Assembly (NCBI GenBank): GCA_020137815.1
Contig: CM035358.1
Coordinates: 3,224,001 to 3,288,000 of the forward strand
Direction: 5' to 3'
DNA length: 64,000 bases
From: Hormiphora californensis
Lineage: Eukaryota > Animalia > Ctenophora
The position numbers and the translations under genes are program-made. The notes beneath the pieces were generated by a model. It saw only the letters and a program-made list of their open reading frames with translations, ran no database searches and was not told where the DNA came from. Below, piece by piece: positions 21,683-34,635 of the stretch (its first letter is position 1; each line of letters begins with the position of its first letter).

Positions 21683-22590
21683 ATATATTTAGATTTTAAG
21701 TTTTCACTTTGATTTATTGTTGGTTACAGTGTGCTGATATATCTGTAGTTTAGTCATTATTTAGAGCATGTGTTAATAGTGAAGGTTGCAATGAATATTT
21801 TTAACTGGGGTCTAGCAGCATGAATAAAAATGTGATCATTCTGAATTTTAAATTGTATCGTTATGATTTATTTATTTACTTGAAATTGGTATCACGTGAC
21901 TGAGAAATATTCTAAACTAAATTGAACGTTATATGCCCCACTTGTAATTTCACAACTCGCTCTAGCAATATCTCTCTCTCCTGAACCCCTCTATCAAGCC
22001 CTCCATCATTCCTTGTTCCTACAAATCATTCTCCAAGAACTCACTTTCTCCAAGAACTATTCGGAGAAACCTATTTCCTGCTAAACTGGTAATGTTGACA
22101 TAGCACTGGCAAGTGCCCAGGGTTACAATCGCTAAATTGCCATTGATTCAATCACTCAAAGTGCAATCAAAAAATATCTTGAGATTTAGAAGACCCTTCA
22201 CCACTCCCCTTCTCCCTTAGATCAGCTGGAACCGAAAAAAGTATTCAGATACACATCCTTTACAAGATACACACAGTGGAAGCCTATTGATATACAGGTA
22301 AGCTCCACCAGCCACCCATCCCCAATAAGTTGTCTGGCGCCGCGATCCCACCTGAGCGCCGCCAGACAGCCAATTTAAGTTATTGTTGATATATTTATTT
22401 GTCGGTCTAGTGCAGGTGAGCAGATCCCCCCGGCTCCCCCCCCCCCCCCCCCGGCCTAACGTGTGAGGGTAGTATTGCTGTCCGATTATTACACAACAAG
22501 TTGCTATTACAGGGCGCTCTATATTGCTTAACAATGCAACTGTTTGTTTCATCGAGTGCCCTTTTGGAGCAGTGAAGAGCTAAATTTAGA

Positions 22591-22640
<50 letters not shown>

Positions 22641-22888
22641 CCTCTCTCTCTCTCTCTCTTCTTTAGAATTGCTTCTGCGGTCTCTATCATGAATAACTGA
22701 TGCGAAGTCAAATGTACTACTTGGTCACGGGGGAAACAGCAATTTTTAATACAGCAGCAACAATATAATACCCTCAAGAATGTGACACACAGTCTGTACG
22801 AGATTTCAACCTCTCTTCCTCTCGCTCTATTCCTCTCTGTCAGAGCATTGGCCTGACAAATTCCTCTCTGCATTGTTCATTCCGCCTG

Positions 22889-25624
22889 TTACTGGGCAGC
22901 ATTTTTCTTTCTCTCCTCGTCTATGATCTGCCATACCCCCGTAACAAAATCAGACGGGAATCCAAACTCGTCAAATGTATTATTTACCTCCTGAGAGAAG
23001 TGTCAGTAAGTTTGAGCCCCGTTCTAGCAGATGTTTGCTAAAACCAATGCCAATATTGAGCATAATATATGAAGATAAATAATAATAAAAGCCTCTAGAT
23101 CAGGAACCGACCGAAACAAGTAACAACCAATCAGAACTCGTTATTTAGGTCACGTGACTGGTTATCAGCCAATCAGGGCCGCGAGAACTGTGGTCAGAGC
23201 ATTGGCCTGACAGGTCGGTTCCTGTTCTAGATCTATTTACCTCAACAAATTCCTCTACACTGTTACTCTCGTCACTGATTTCCAAGATGGTACATGCCAA
23301 CTCTAGGTCCCTGATCCCCATGTAGTTCTCTAGTAGATCGTCAACCTGTGGAGAGTTGTTGAGTAAGGGGTAACTCTCAACCTATGGGTGGGGAGGATTC
23401 CAATTTTCATTTCCCCGTCTGTGTGTAGGAATACCTGTGTGGCGACGCTGACCCGATCGGAGCACAGTGTCCCGTGCTCAGATTGGTAATCAAAACGGGG
23501 CCTAGCGCCGACACACATTGTAGAATTACCTAACCGGATAGGAGGGAAATGAGAAACCCTAGTTTCCGTACCTTTTGTTTAGCTACTTCAAGCCAGTTAC
23601 ATGTGGTTGTCTCCTGTACAGTTCCGTCGTTCTTTATCCTCACCGTAGCTCTACCATCCTAGTAGTGAAACTGTTGTCAGACACTGACTGTACACCGCAC
23701 AACCTCGATGCACCTCTTTGAAGAGGACGGTCTTATAAGAGACAATGAAAAAGTTGGGTGATCGATATAACGGGTTTGATTGACAGAGTTTTAAGTATTC
23801 TGTCTGGGCTGAAGATATATTACTTTAGATGCAGTAATTTATTGTTTTCGTTTCATTTAGTATATTATACCTCAAGTGGTGCTCCCAAAGTGTTACTCTT
23901 TGCCGGGTCCTGGGCAGGGGTGGCAGCGGCAGTTCCCGTTGGTGCCCTCCTGGGACTCAGATTGCTATCGAATCCTTGTTTCGGCTCAACTACCATCAGA
24001 TTTATCATGTTCCCCACCTGTATGTGAAATATTTTTAGAGATCCTGGCAATCAGAATACCAAATTTAAATAAAGTATCGTTGGGTATGGCCTGTCTGGCG
24101 ACTTCAGTCCTCCAGACCCCTTTTTTTATTCTCAGATCGGGTCGGCGCTGCCAGAAGGATATGTAACCCGGTATTACACTGACCGGTATTTGTTTGAGTT
24201 TGTTGGCCACAGAAAAGTGTCTAGATCCAACGAGGCTAAAATCGTCTATTGCAAAGAGTTGATCTCCCACATGGAACTTGCCGCTTTTCTCTGCCACACT
24301 TCCAGGCCTGATTCTCTTGACAAAACAACACCTGGATAACATTATAAACAGGTGATAGACAAGTGATGATAGAGAGGTGAAACTCACAGTGCTGCTTGCA
24401 GTCAAAATACGGTAACGCAAAATACAGTAAGGAGACGCGCACGGTGCATATCGCGCGGCAAAAAGTTCATGTGTCAGCACGTACTAGCGCCCTGATTGGT
24501 CACGCGGTTGCGCGTCGTCTTACTGTATCTTCGTTTTCCATTACCGTTTTCCCACTACAAGCGACCGTGTCAGTGTGCAAGAGGAGGCACTAAACTGGGT
24601 AAATGATAAATCAGATAAATTGACAGGCACTTTCAAGAACACTATGTTTCACGTGCTGAATAAAAAGAAGCTGAGAACGAACATAATGAATGAACAACAA
24701 GGCGTGTATTGAACATAATGAATGAACAACAAGGCTTGAATATCATACCCCATGCTGTTATCAGTGATAGTGATCCCGATACTTTTCTCCTCCTTTTTAA
24801 ATGACACCTTCCTGGCGTTCCCCTGGACGTGCACAAATATGAAGTCGTTATACACAACTAGACCTGTAATAGAGGGGGTTTTCGATGATGAAAAGAATAA
24901 AATTAAATATTTAGGACAGAGTTTGTGAGTTTAAAAAATCCCTCCTCCCCCAAAGACCTGGACCCTGGTGTAGTGGTATATTATTTACCTGATAGAAGGC
25001 TCCTCATGTCGACTCGAGGGTTATTTAGTGTACAAAACATTATCGTTCGAATATCGATCTCTAGCTCAATTGCTGAGGGGGAAGTGGAACGATTAGATAG
25101 GATAGGATTCAATCAAGAGAGGGATTATTGACAACTAACTTGTTTAACAAGTTGTTACTCAACAAGAACTAACCAAGTTTAGAATAAAGTTCCTTGAGGG
25201 ACATGAACGCGTTGATTCTCTTGGTAGGACCACCGTGTGCCAACTGAGTGTAGAATTGCATCTGGAGGAAGCATGGGTGTTATACAACCACATCCTCAGT
25301 CCTCACCATCATTGCAATGGTATAAAAGTTATATACTCACATCTTTCTTAGCTCCAACACCACCGCTACCTTTTTTGCCTGTCGTGGCGCTCTTTTCCTG
25401 GGATTAAGATTGTCAGCTGAGATAATATCAATGAAGAGGCAATAGTACCGCCTGTTGGACTTCTTTGAGTTCCCTACTCCCGAGGGACGGCTGAGTTCCT
25501 AATTCTACCGCCCTCTACAGCTAGATATGATAGCACGTCTTACCGTTGAGCTTACTGAATCTGCATCATCGTTCAGTGGTGCCTTGTTGTTGCGACGGAA
25601 ACTAAACCACGGCATCTTAACCAT
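22889..25624 (-). CDS. GIPC: GIPC PDZ-domain adaptor; multi-exon
   Basis: QFYTQLAHGGPT, FCTLNNPRVDM, DFIFVHVQG, SIGITITDNSMGY, CFVKRIRPGS...SLVGSRHFSVA and FDEFGFPSDFVTGVWQII follow the GH1-PDZ-GH2 order of GIPC. Confidence 0.9.
23101..23224. mobile_element. Short hAT-like MITE copy in a GIPC intron
   Basis: CAGGAACCGACC...GGTCGGTTCCTG flanked by the near-identical 8-mers CTCTAGAT/TTCTAGAT. Confidence 0.75.
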
Positions 25625-26633
25625 GAGGAGCAATTAGTGTCAGAGCTCAAACAGTTGTCAACTGTCAAACACACGTACCAAAAAGCGGCAAATCTAGAGT
25701 GCTGACAGATCGAGATCTACAACAATTTAATAAATGAAGTTCTGACAGTAGTTAATAAACATGCCACCACACCCAAATTATGTCAATGGGAGGGAATCCC
25801 TGACAGTTGTTTGGACAAAAAAGCAAAGACGTGACGGGGGTTGCATAACAGTTGCATGACGTAAGGAGGGAGGAGCCAAGTCAAAAAATGGTATAATAGT
25901 CAAACACGAAGCAGCAGGTATAATAGACCTCAAAGAAGCTCGGGGGTGTCCGTTATATTGGGGTCACATACTGTTAATTTCCTTTATCGGGGGAAGTTTA
26001 TCATCCCGGTAAATCAGGGTCCGTTAAATCAGGGTCCGACTGTATTTGAATTTTAATTTCGCAATCCCGGCTGCATATTTGAAAAAGAAACAAAAAAAGA
26101 AAACAAAGGTTGCTGAAACATTGGTCGAATATCATGGTCCTGCTCAGAGAGACAAAATGTTAAGAATAGGCACACGTAGTACAGTCTCTTTATCTTCGAG
26201 AACTTCGAGCGCCAAAATCGGCTTAATGGATCATGCTTTCTTATTGTTATATTCAGTGGGATGTACGTGTGTGAGTGTACGGCTGAGGAGTATATCTTTG
26301 GCACATGCGAGAGAAAAGGGACCGAATATCTTTGAGTACGTAGGGAATGTCATGCTAAAGAGATAGTGCATTAGAGTGCTTTGCAGTCCTTATTTAGGTT
26401 AGATCTAGATTATAAAACACCCCACACTTATAACAGAAGTACATGATCGCAGACGCGGAGGTAGAGTTTTCACAAGATCGATGTATAACAGCAACATAAA
26501 GACGACACACAACTATTGGGTGCTAAAAGGAGAGAGCTATATAACACATGTGTACGTGTAATGTTGTACAGGTCTAAGCGGCTCTCCCTCCCGACTAGCT
26601 CTTCTAAACCTCAGATCCTGAATCTCATTTTTA

Positions 26634-26787
26634 CAGTGGTGCTCCGTCATATTGGCTGCACAGAGTGCACATGAATCGTTCCCAGCATCCAAATCTAACA
26701 ATGTTTGCTTTTTTGTGCGTTTTGGACGCTGGGAACGATGTATGGGGGAGGGGGTGTGCATGTGGCCAATATGACGGAGCACCACTG
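26634..26787. mobile_element. Small Tc1/mariner-like MITE
   Basis: 23-bp perfect TIR CAGTGGTGCTCCGTCATATTGGC, with TA on the left flank. Confidence 0.6.
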
Positions 26788-27428
26788 TTACAAATGTTTT
26801 GAAACTCAACTGATTCTGGAAAATGCAACTGGTATAGTTGAGTGGTTTTCAAACAGCCTGAAGGTTACTGTGTATAAAAGTCAATGACCTGGTAATAACC
26901 AAGGTATTATATTATGGGTGAGTGTGTACCGCACATGTGGTGCACTCTCATGAATATGCGATGATATCAGAGTAATCCAGGATCAGAGCAATTCAGTACC
27001 CAGGCCAAACACCGATCATGTAAATCAGCAGCTGCCACAGCCTAATACCTATAGAACAATCAGAATAGGGCACCCTTTAGCTCTCCGGAGACGAGAGTGT
27101 AGGAGAGAGCGAGAGAGAGAGGGAGAGAGAGAGAGAAAAGGAGGGAGAGAGAGAGCACTCGTTGCCATATAATAGTTCGCAATTGAAACGGTGACAATGA
27201 GTGCACGTGTCTCTTTAAGAGCTGTAATAGTTACAGAGTTTTTAGCCGAGCTGTCCGATCTTTAAATAGCACCAAACTTGGTAAGAATTTGAAAGTGTTG
27301 AATATATTCATGAAAATATACATCCAACAGTGCTGAAACTGTTAAAGTCTTTCAATAAATCATGCTCCCTATTATACATAATGTTTTTAAGAGAACCACC
27401 TGGTTATCCATTCCACGGTACCAGTTAA

Positions 27429-27878
27429 AGGTTGACAAGATACCTAAAACTTTTCGTATATCGTCTTATTTTGATTTATCATTAATTTTCAGCATTTTTT
27501 CAGAATTTTTTGTCGGCTAGAAATATGTGCAAAATAAGGGGTCTACTGATAAACGAGAGGCGCAATTTCAAAATTGATACCGTAATATCTCCGGTTCCTG
27601 ATGAGATACAGAAACCGTTTTGGTAGCGTTGGAAAGGTCTTATTGAGACCAATCCAACGCAACCAAGATCAAGTAGCTATCTTTTGAGGTACCGGAAACG
27701 TGAATTTCAATTTGCGAGACGCAGTGAGTGTGCCCAGTAAAACCAGTGCTGACAATATCGGTAGACCCCCTATTTCGAATTTTTTTCTAGCCGACAAAAA
27801 ATTCTGAAAAAATGCTGAAAATTAATGATAAATCAAAATAAGACGATATACGAAAAGTTTTAGGTATCTTGTCAACCT
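27429..27878. mobile_element. Non-autonomous TTAA-flanked element (Kolobok-like), copy A
   Basis: TTAA|AGGTTGACAAGATACC...GGTATCTTGTCAACCT|TTAA, with TIRs of about 95 bp. Confidence 0.85.
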
Positions 27879-27882
27879 TTAA

Positions 27883-29219
27883 GCCTGTCAAAACGTGTCG
27901 ATTTTTGGCCAAACCTTGAAGTCACGAGAGGCAAGCCAATTCCGGTTGTACATCCTAGGTATAGGTCTCCTGAACATAAAAAACCAAAACGTCAGTCTCA
28001 ATTATTTGGGGGAAGGTGTGTAATTAGCCCCTAATTGATTGGTAATTGAGCACAAGGGGGAAAAAGCTGTATCTACCCTTAGGAAAGGAGTAGAGACAAA
28101 ATTAAGGGCACCAAAGTGTTCAGCGTCCTCGCATTAGTGGGGGTAGGTGCCGGAATGAATTCTCTATCTCATCTGGTTAATTAGATAATTGGATAATTAG
28201 GTATGCGCATAGCCGTTTGCTGGCCAAATGGCTATAGCCATGTTAGGAAAGGAGTAGAGACAAAACCGAGGGCACTAAAATGATCAGCGTCCTCGAATTA
28301 GTGGGGGTAGGTGCTGAAATTAAATCTCTATCTCATCCGGTTAATTAGATAATTGGATAATTAGTTTTGCGAATAACCGTTTTTAGGCTATATGGCTATA
28401 GCCACTTAGGAATGGTTCAGAGACTTTTCATTGGTGCCATTTTGTAGGCAATGGCCAAGTTATGGGGGGTCGACGTCGAACTTTTAAGCTCTATCTTCAA
28501 CCGTTTAGCCGTTATTTGGCTTTTAAGGTGCTGAAAATGAGTAAAAATCGGGCTTTTTACCGTTTTTTTGCTCATTTTGAGCACCTTCAAAGCCAAATAA
28601 CGGCTAAACGGTTAAAGATAGAGCTTAAAAGTCCGACGTCGACCCCCCATAACTTGGCCATTGCCTACAAAATGGCACCAATGAAAAGTCTCTAAACCAT
28701 TCCTAAGTGGCTATAGCCATATAGCCTAAAAACGGTTATTCGCAAAACTAATTATCCAATTATCTAATTAACCGGATGAGATAGAGATTTAATTTCAGCA
28801 CCTACCCCCACTAATTCGAGGACGCTGATCATTTTAGAGCCCTCGGTTTTGTCTCTACTCCTTTCCTAACATGGCTATAGCCATATGGCCAGCAAACGGC
28901 TATGCGCATACCTAATTATCCAATTATCTAATTAACCAGATGAGATAGAGACTTCATTCCGGCACCTACCCCCACTAATGCGAGGACGCTGAACACTTTG
29001 GTGCCCTTAATTTTGTCTCTACTCCTTTCCTAAGGGTAGATACAGCTTTTTTCCCCTTGTGCTCAATAACCAATCAATTAGGGGCTAATTACACACCTTC
29101 CCCCAAATAATTGAGACTGACATTTTGGTTTTTTATGTTTAGGAGACCTATACCGAGGATGTACAACCGGAATTGGCTTGCCTTTAGTGAGTTCTAGGTT
29201 GAAACACGTTTTGACAGGC
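27883..29219. mobile_element. 1.3-kb palindromic foldback element with TTAA flanks (element B)
   Basis: TTAA|GCCTGTCAAAACGTG...CACGTTTTGACAGGC|TTAA. The two arms are near-perfect reverse complements around about 28550. Confidence 0.88.
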
Positions 29220-29258
29220 TTAAGTGGCCCACTGTCCCAGTACAACGATTAGATGGCC

Positions 29259-32200
29259 CTATCCAGTCCACTGTCCAAGTACAATGGCTCTATCCTCGTC
29301 TGTCCAGACGCATCCCACAGCGACTGCCTCCCGTCTCCACTCCTCAGGGCTGGCGCAACCGTACACATTATCCCACCTTGGGGGGTGTAGTGATTAGTTC
29401 CCTTCTTTACTTGCTTAAAGGTTGACAAGATACCTAAAACTTTTCGTATATCGTCTTATTTTGATTTATCATTAATTTTCAGAATTTTTTCAGAATTTTT
29501 TGTCGGCTAGAAAAAAATTCGAAATAGGGGGTCTACCGATATTGTCAGCACTGGTTTTACTGGGCACACTCACTGCGTCTCGCAAATTGAAATTCACGTT
29601 TCCGGTTCCTCAAAAGATAAAGACTTGATCTTGGTTGCGTTGGATTGGTCTCAATAAGACCTTTCCAACGCTACCAAAACGGTTTCTGTATCTCATCAGG
29701 AACCGGAGATATTACGGTATCAATTTTAAAAAAGGCACACTCATTTGTCAGTAGACCCCCTATTTTGCACATATTTCTAGCCGACAAAAAATTCTTCAAA
29801 AATGCTGAAAATTAATGATAAATCAAAATAAGACGATATACGAAAAGTTTTAGGTATCTTGTCAACCTTTAAAGGGGGATTACATTTTGTCAAACATGTT
29901 CAAAAGTCCGATAAGCTGATGCTGGTATAAACTAATTCTCTAGTGTACCTGTTTACACAGATGCCCATATCTGCAGCACGTTCCTCCATCATCTTCGCCA
30001 TGTTGCATCCTGGAGGGGTGGGGAGGTTGTGTGGTGGAGGGGTGGGGTGGGGTGGGGAGGTTGTGTGGTGGAGGGGTGGGGTGGGGTGGAGGGGGTGGGG
30101 GAGGGGGTGGGGTGGTGTGTTACTTGAGGGTAATGGCCATGTTGCAACATAGGGTGGAGATTACTGGTGACTGACATGGAGTAGCACTATATTATTTGAG
30201 GGCTTGTTGTTTGAGGGAGGGATATATCATGGGAGAGAGGATATCAATGGTCATTGTCCGATCTAAATATATGTTTGTGTGAGTTATCAAAACAACAAAC
30301 CCAAACTGGACTGGGGACTGCCAGCTCCAGGATTCATGAAGATTCTTGGTGCAGTAGGAAACGAAGAACGGAGAAAGTGACTCATTTCAAGATCTGATCT
30401 AGTTGCTTTTTGTATCAACAAGGGAAAAAAACGATATTATCCTAGCAGTCAGGAGCACTTACTTTGGAGCATCAAATCATATCGGAATGTAGTTGGGTCG
30501 TCTGTGTACTGGAAATCATGTACACACGTATCAATAAGATCCTCCACCATTTGGTTTGGAATCCTAGCCATGACTGTAGCTAGTGGGGCATCTGTTGAGT
30601 TGCTTTTACCGTAGACGATCCTTCTGCAGAACATACTGACAGGGGAGAGATTGGAGGGTTATGATATCAGTGTGAATCAAATGAATTAACAGTCAGATTG
30701 GAGAGTTATATATCTGTTCTATAGGGTCAATAAATTTTGCATTTTCCATGATACTGTCTTCTTACTCTCGTAATCTGTGTGGCATGTGTAGGTTGAAATC
30801 AGTCTCCAAGTCTTCTAGCGTTATATTCTTCTTGACCTCTGGTTTGAGGAATTCAGCACTCAAGCGACAACCTGCGAATTTAGGGAGAAGTTTTCTCTAG
30901 CTGTGTATACTCTGTCTGACTGCCAGCGCCAACTCGGACAGTATACTATACGGGATTACTGGGCCAGAGCAGTATAGCGCAGAGCAAATCTCAGCCCATG
31001 TCTAGCGATCTCAGCCCATGTATAGCGAGGTGAAATGTGTTTAACTCACCCGCTCCAACGGACCAGGCATCTCCAAACTCGTCAGAAGTCCTTTCAACAC
31101 TGTCATAGAAGGAACTTAAATCATCCGATGCATCACCTAGGATAGGATGAGGATGGAAGACAAAGATATAGAGTGTAAATTGACGCGAACGGAATGACCG
31201 ATACATATAATATCCCATCAACCCTTCTCCTCTTAACCTCTGGGCACTATATATGTTCCCTTCCCTTATCTCACCATTGTTATTTCCACAGAGGCCCATG
31301 GTCGGCATGTCGGTGGGAGCGACTACACTGGCACCCGTTAGACCGTCATAAGTGACAGTGACACCGTGCGCACCTATCACCGCGACAAGTCTGTCACCCG
31401 TGAAGGTGACTTCAACACCTGCAGCAGTGGAGATGAGATCAGGTCAGTATGATGCTTTTATCAATAATATAATGCTATCCACCCTCGTTATATATATGAA
31501 AGTACGTTGTCTTGTTTTATTGAAACACTATATTACAAGGGTCTGACAGGACCATCCACCTTTCCCTGTATTACAAGGGGTGCCAGTTAGGAATTACACC
31601 CAGTTCTAACCGTCAATGTTTTCAGTTTGTCCCCTGGAAAGGAAGAGTTTCTTATATCCCAGGTTGATTGCGTACCCCCTTAGAAACTGGATCTGAGCTG
31701 AGGGAAGAGAGAGAAAGGTATGTTGTGTTAGGAACAGTGTATTCTAATCGCGACCAGTAACTTTTGAATGGCCTATAGCAGTAGCAAACGTTAGAGACCT
31801 TTATATTTGGTGTCTATTTAAATCACCGGTAACTTTTAAATGGCCTAACAAATTCTCCATCCCTCCCAACTTACTTGATCCCTTGATAATGATGGAGATG
31901 CTCTCAAGACATGAGCTGTATTCCCCACATGCACTAAACCACCCGTATACGAACCAATTCATACTCTTGTCCATTGCGATCACGTACCAACAGTTTCCCT
32001 TGTACGAGTATAGCTTATCTGATGGGGAGGTTGGGGTGAGAGGATTGGGGAGTGGCAGGAATGGGGTGAGGGGATTGGGTAGTGGGAGGAATGGGGTGAG
32101 GGGATTGGGGAGTTGGAGGAATGGGGTGAAGGGATCGGGGAGTGGCAGGAATGGGGTGGGGGGATTGGGGAGTGGCAGGAATGGGGTGCGGAGAGTGGGG

Positions 32201-33489
32201 AGTGGCAGGAATGGGGTGAGGAGAGTGGGATGGTTGTACGAGTATAGCTTATCTGGTGGGGGAGTGGGAGGTTTAGTTTTTGAGGGATCTAGAGCAATAT
32301 TAGAGTGAAGAACTAAACATATGTTCTGATACACTGTTGCAGTTTATTTTTAGTACTTCCTTTAGTGGTCCAATCCAATCGCTCATTATATTTCTCGCAT
32401 ATATTTCTTGCATCCGCTAGATATCCTGGCCACTACTTTTCCCAAGTCATTTCACATGGCAATGTTTTTCCACATTCAAGCTTCTTTGAACTCTAATAAG
32501 CTGTTTTTTTGCCTAGCTAGACTATGTTTCTTGCGCCCCGTGTTAGAACATAACACGCTGTTTTGATTGAAAGCAGAAAGAGAACACGTCCTTACCGTCG
32601 AATGTATAGAAGTGGGGGTCTCCAAAGATGCTGCATCGTCTAGTTGTGGGAGGGCTCCAATTCACCCTGTCATTCACTGCTATATTATTGTCATTACATG
32701 CTCCCGTGTTAGTTCTAGGAAATAGGGTTTTTTAGTTGAGAGAGGAGATTAATATTCTGTGTGAGAGATGTTTCGAGGATCAGAAAATACATGACCTCCA
32801 TAACATTTAGTATCTAGGTATTTCATATATAAGGGGTCCCTTATAGCTGCAGCATTTGCTGTGTGGGATCCCTGGGTGTGTGTGTGACGATATTTAATAA
32901 TTGTGTTTCCCACCCAAAATAGTTCAACCCAATAAAAAATATCAAATAAGACATTCAGACATCAAATCAAGGTTGTTACGTACTCATGATAAGGGCACCT
33001 CCTTATCTTGCAGTACACATGCCCTGAATCCTGACATCCCACTGTACCGATATCTAGAGTGAGATCTGAACTGGCATCCTGGATCATGTAGTCGTCTCCC
33101 CATCTGTGTGGAACAGTATAATAGTTAGTGGTGAGTTGACAAGTCCCTAGTGACAAGATACCGGCCCTTGAATGTACAATGTACATTGTACATGCCGTGA
33201 TGGGAGTCATATGTTCCTTCCATGAACCGACCGAATCAGGAAATACTGGTCCCTGATTTATAATTGGCTGATAACCAGTCACGTGACCTAAATATTAAAT
33301 AACGAGCTCTAATTGGTTGTTTACTTGGTCCGGTTGATTCCTGGTTCCTTGTGTACTTACTGCGGTGATCTGAACCAGGTGCTGGTCCACTGATTATCCA
33401 GTCTGTAGGCACCAAACTTGTGGTTCCCATAGATTTCATTTTTGTCTTCCTGGGTCTGACATGTCAACCTCACATTATCACCCGTCTTA
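29259..33489 (-). CDS. Extracellular protein with Ig-like, von Willebrand type D and C8-like domains; multi-exon; 5' exons probably further right (possibly to about 36430)
   Basis: Ig-like: GDNVRLTC...DSGHVYC. VWD: CSIFGDPHFYTFD|KLYSYKGNCWYVIA, VTVTYDG, GLCGNNNG, DEFGDAW. C8-like: LIDTCVHD...MGICVNRWDNVYGC. Stop at 29259-29261. Confidence 0.75.
29419..29868. mobile_element. Kolobok-like element, copy A' (inverted relative to A)
   Basis: Same TIRs and TTAA flanks as 27429-27878, with the internal sequence reverse-complemented. Confidence 0.85.
32035..32225. repeat. 30-bp minisatellite (GGGGAGTGGCAGGAATGGGGTGAGGGGATT)
   Basis: About six tandem units. Confidence 0.9.
33221..33343. mobile_element. 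Short hAT-like MITE copy (reverse orientation)
   Basis: Reverse complement of the 1308-1416 element; 8-bp flanks GTTCCTTC/GTTCCTTG. Confidence 0.7.
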
Positions 33490-34357
33490 CTGGTATACAT
33501 AATGGGGGAATGGACGATTTAGTATATATTTTTTTTTTTTTTTTTGGGGCATTAAGCTAAGGCGTACCAAGTCTCATACCACCCGGGTATAGACGGCATA
33601 GCCTGGAACCCTCCGTACGAACTCCCTTGAAGATTCAAGGGAGAGCAGTGCACATTGGAGGGCCCTACGCTTGTCATTGTGTCTGTCTTGGTCTGTCTTT
33701 GTAGGGTTAGAACACTGCCTACTTTTCCCCACGATAGTTGCAGTGTTGGCAGACGGCCGCACTCTTTGCGTTACCGGCACAACTCGCTCTGCTCGTTGGT
33801 ACTAGGTATTAGGTGACTAACCAAAGAGTAGAATTGAAGGTATAATCAACATAATAAATGAGTGAATGAAGGTATCGTTTGCCTTTGAGAGTTTCTTGAG
33901 TTTAGTTTGGTCTGGAACAAGGTATCGTTTTGCCTTTGAGAGTGAAATGTGGATGGTTTGGTCTGGAACAAGGTAACGTTTTGCCTTTGAGAGTGCCTTG
34001 GGTTTGGGTCTGGCATCCCGATGTATACCGTGTTTTGAGTGGCCAATTACTTTCAAACATACACTTAACACAATCTATGAACAGACAATACGAACAAGTG
34101 AACTTACAGAATTTTGATGGATGATTTGTACCGTAATGCAATGTGGCATATTTGATCTTGTGTGAATTCTTCGGTCGCAAAGTTATTTCTTAGTTCAAAT
34201 GCAAGATTATTTTAATTAAATTAAAATTTTGAAATATGTACTTGAAATTTTGGGAGTACTTTGGACAGCATATTTACACTTCAGAAAGGTTCTAGTAAGC
34301 GAAGGAATGAGTGTGAGAGTAGAGAGAGAGAGAGAGATAGAGAGAAGAGAGAGAGAT

Positions 34358-34430
<73 letters not shown>

Positions 34431-34635
34431 TATTGACCAAAAATGCTGCCATAAACTAATGATTGGACTAGGCCATGCCGGGGAGAGTGCTCACGGGTAG
34501 CAGAGAGATCATATATGTGCTAGAATATTGGTATATGAGGCAGATTTAAGTAGCATTTTAATGAGGAGAAGAGCTCATATTGGTGTCCGAGACAAGCAAA
34601 AGTGAAACGAATTGCAATGTAACGAGAGAGTAATC

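Noticed and set aside
27594-27635. CTGATGA...GAAAC in the TTAA element as a hammerhead
   Set aside because: No stem II and no stem I pairing.
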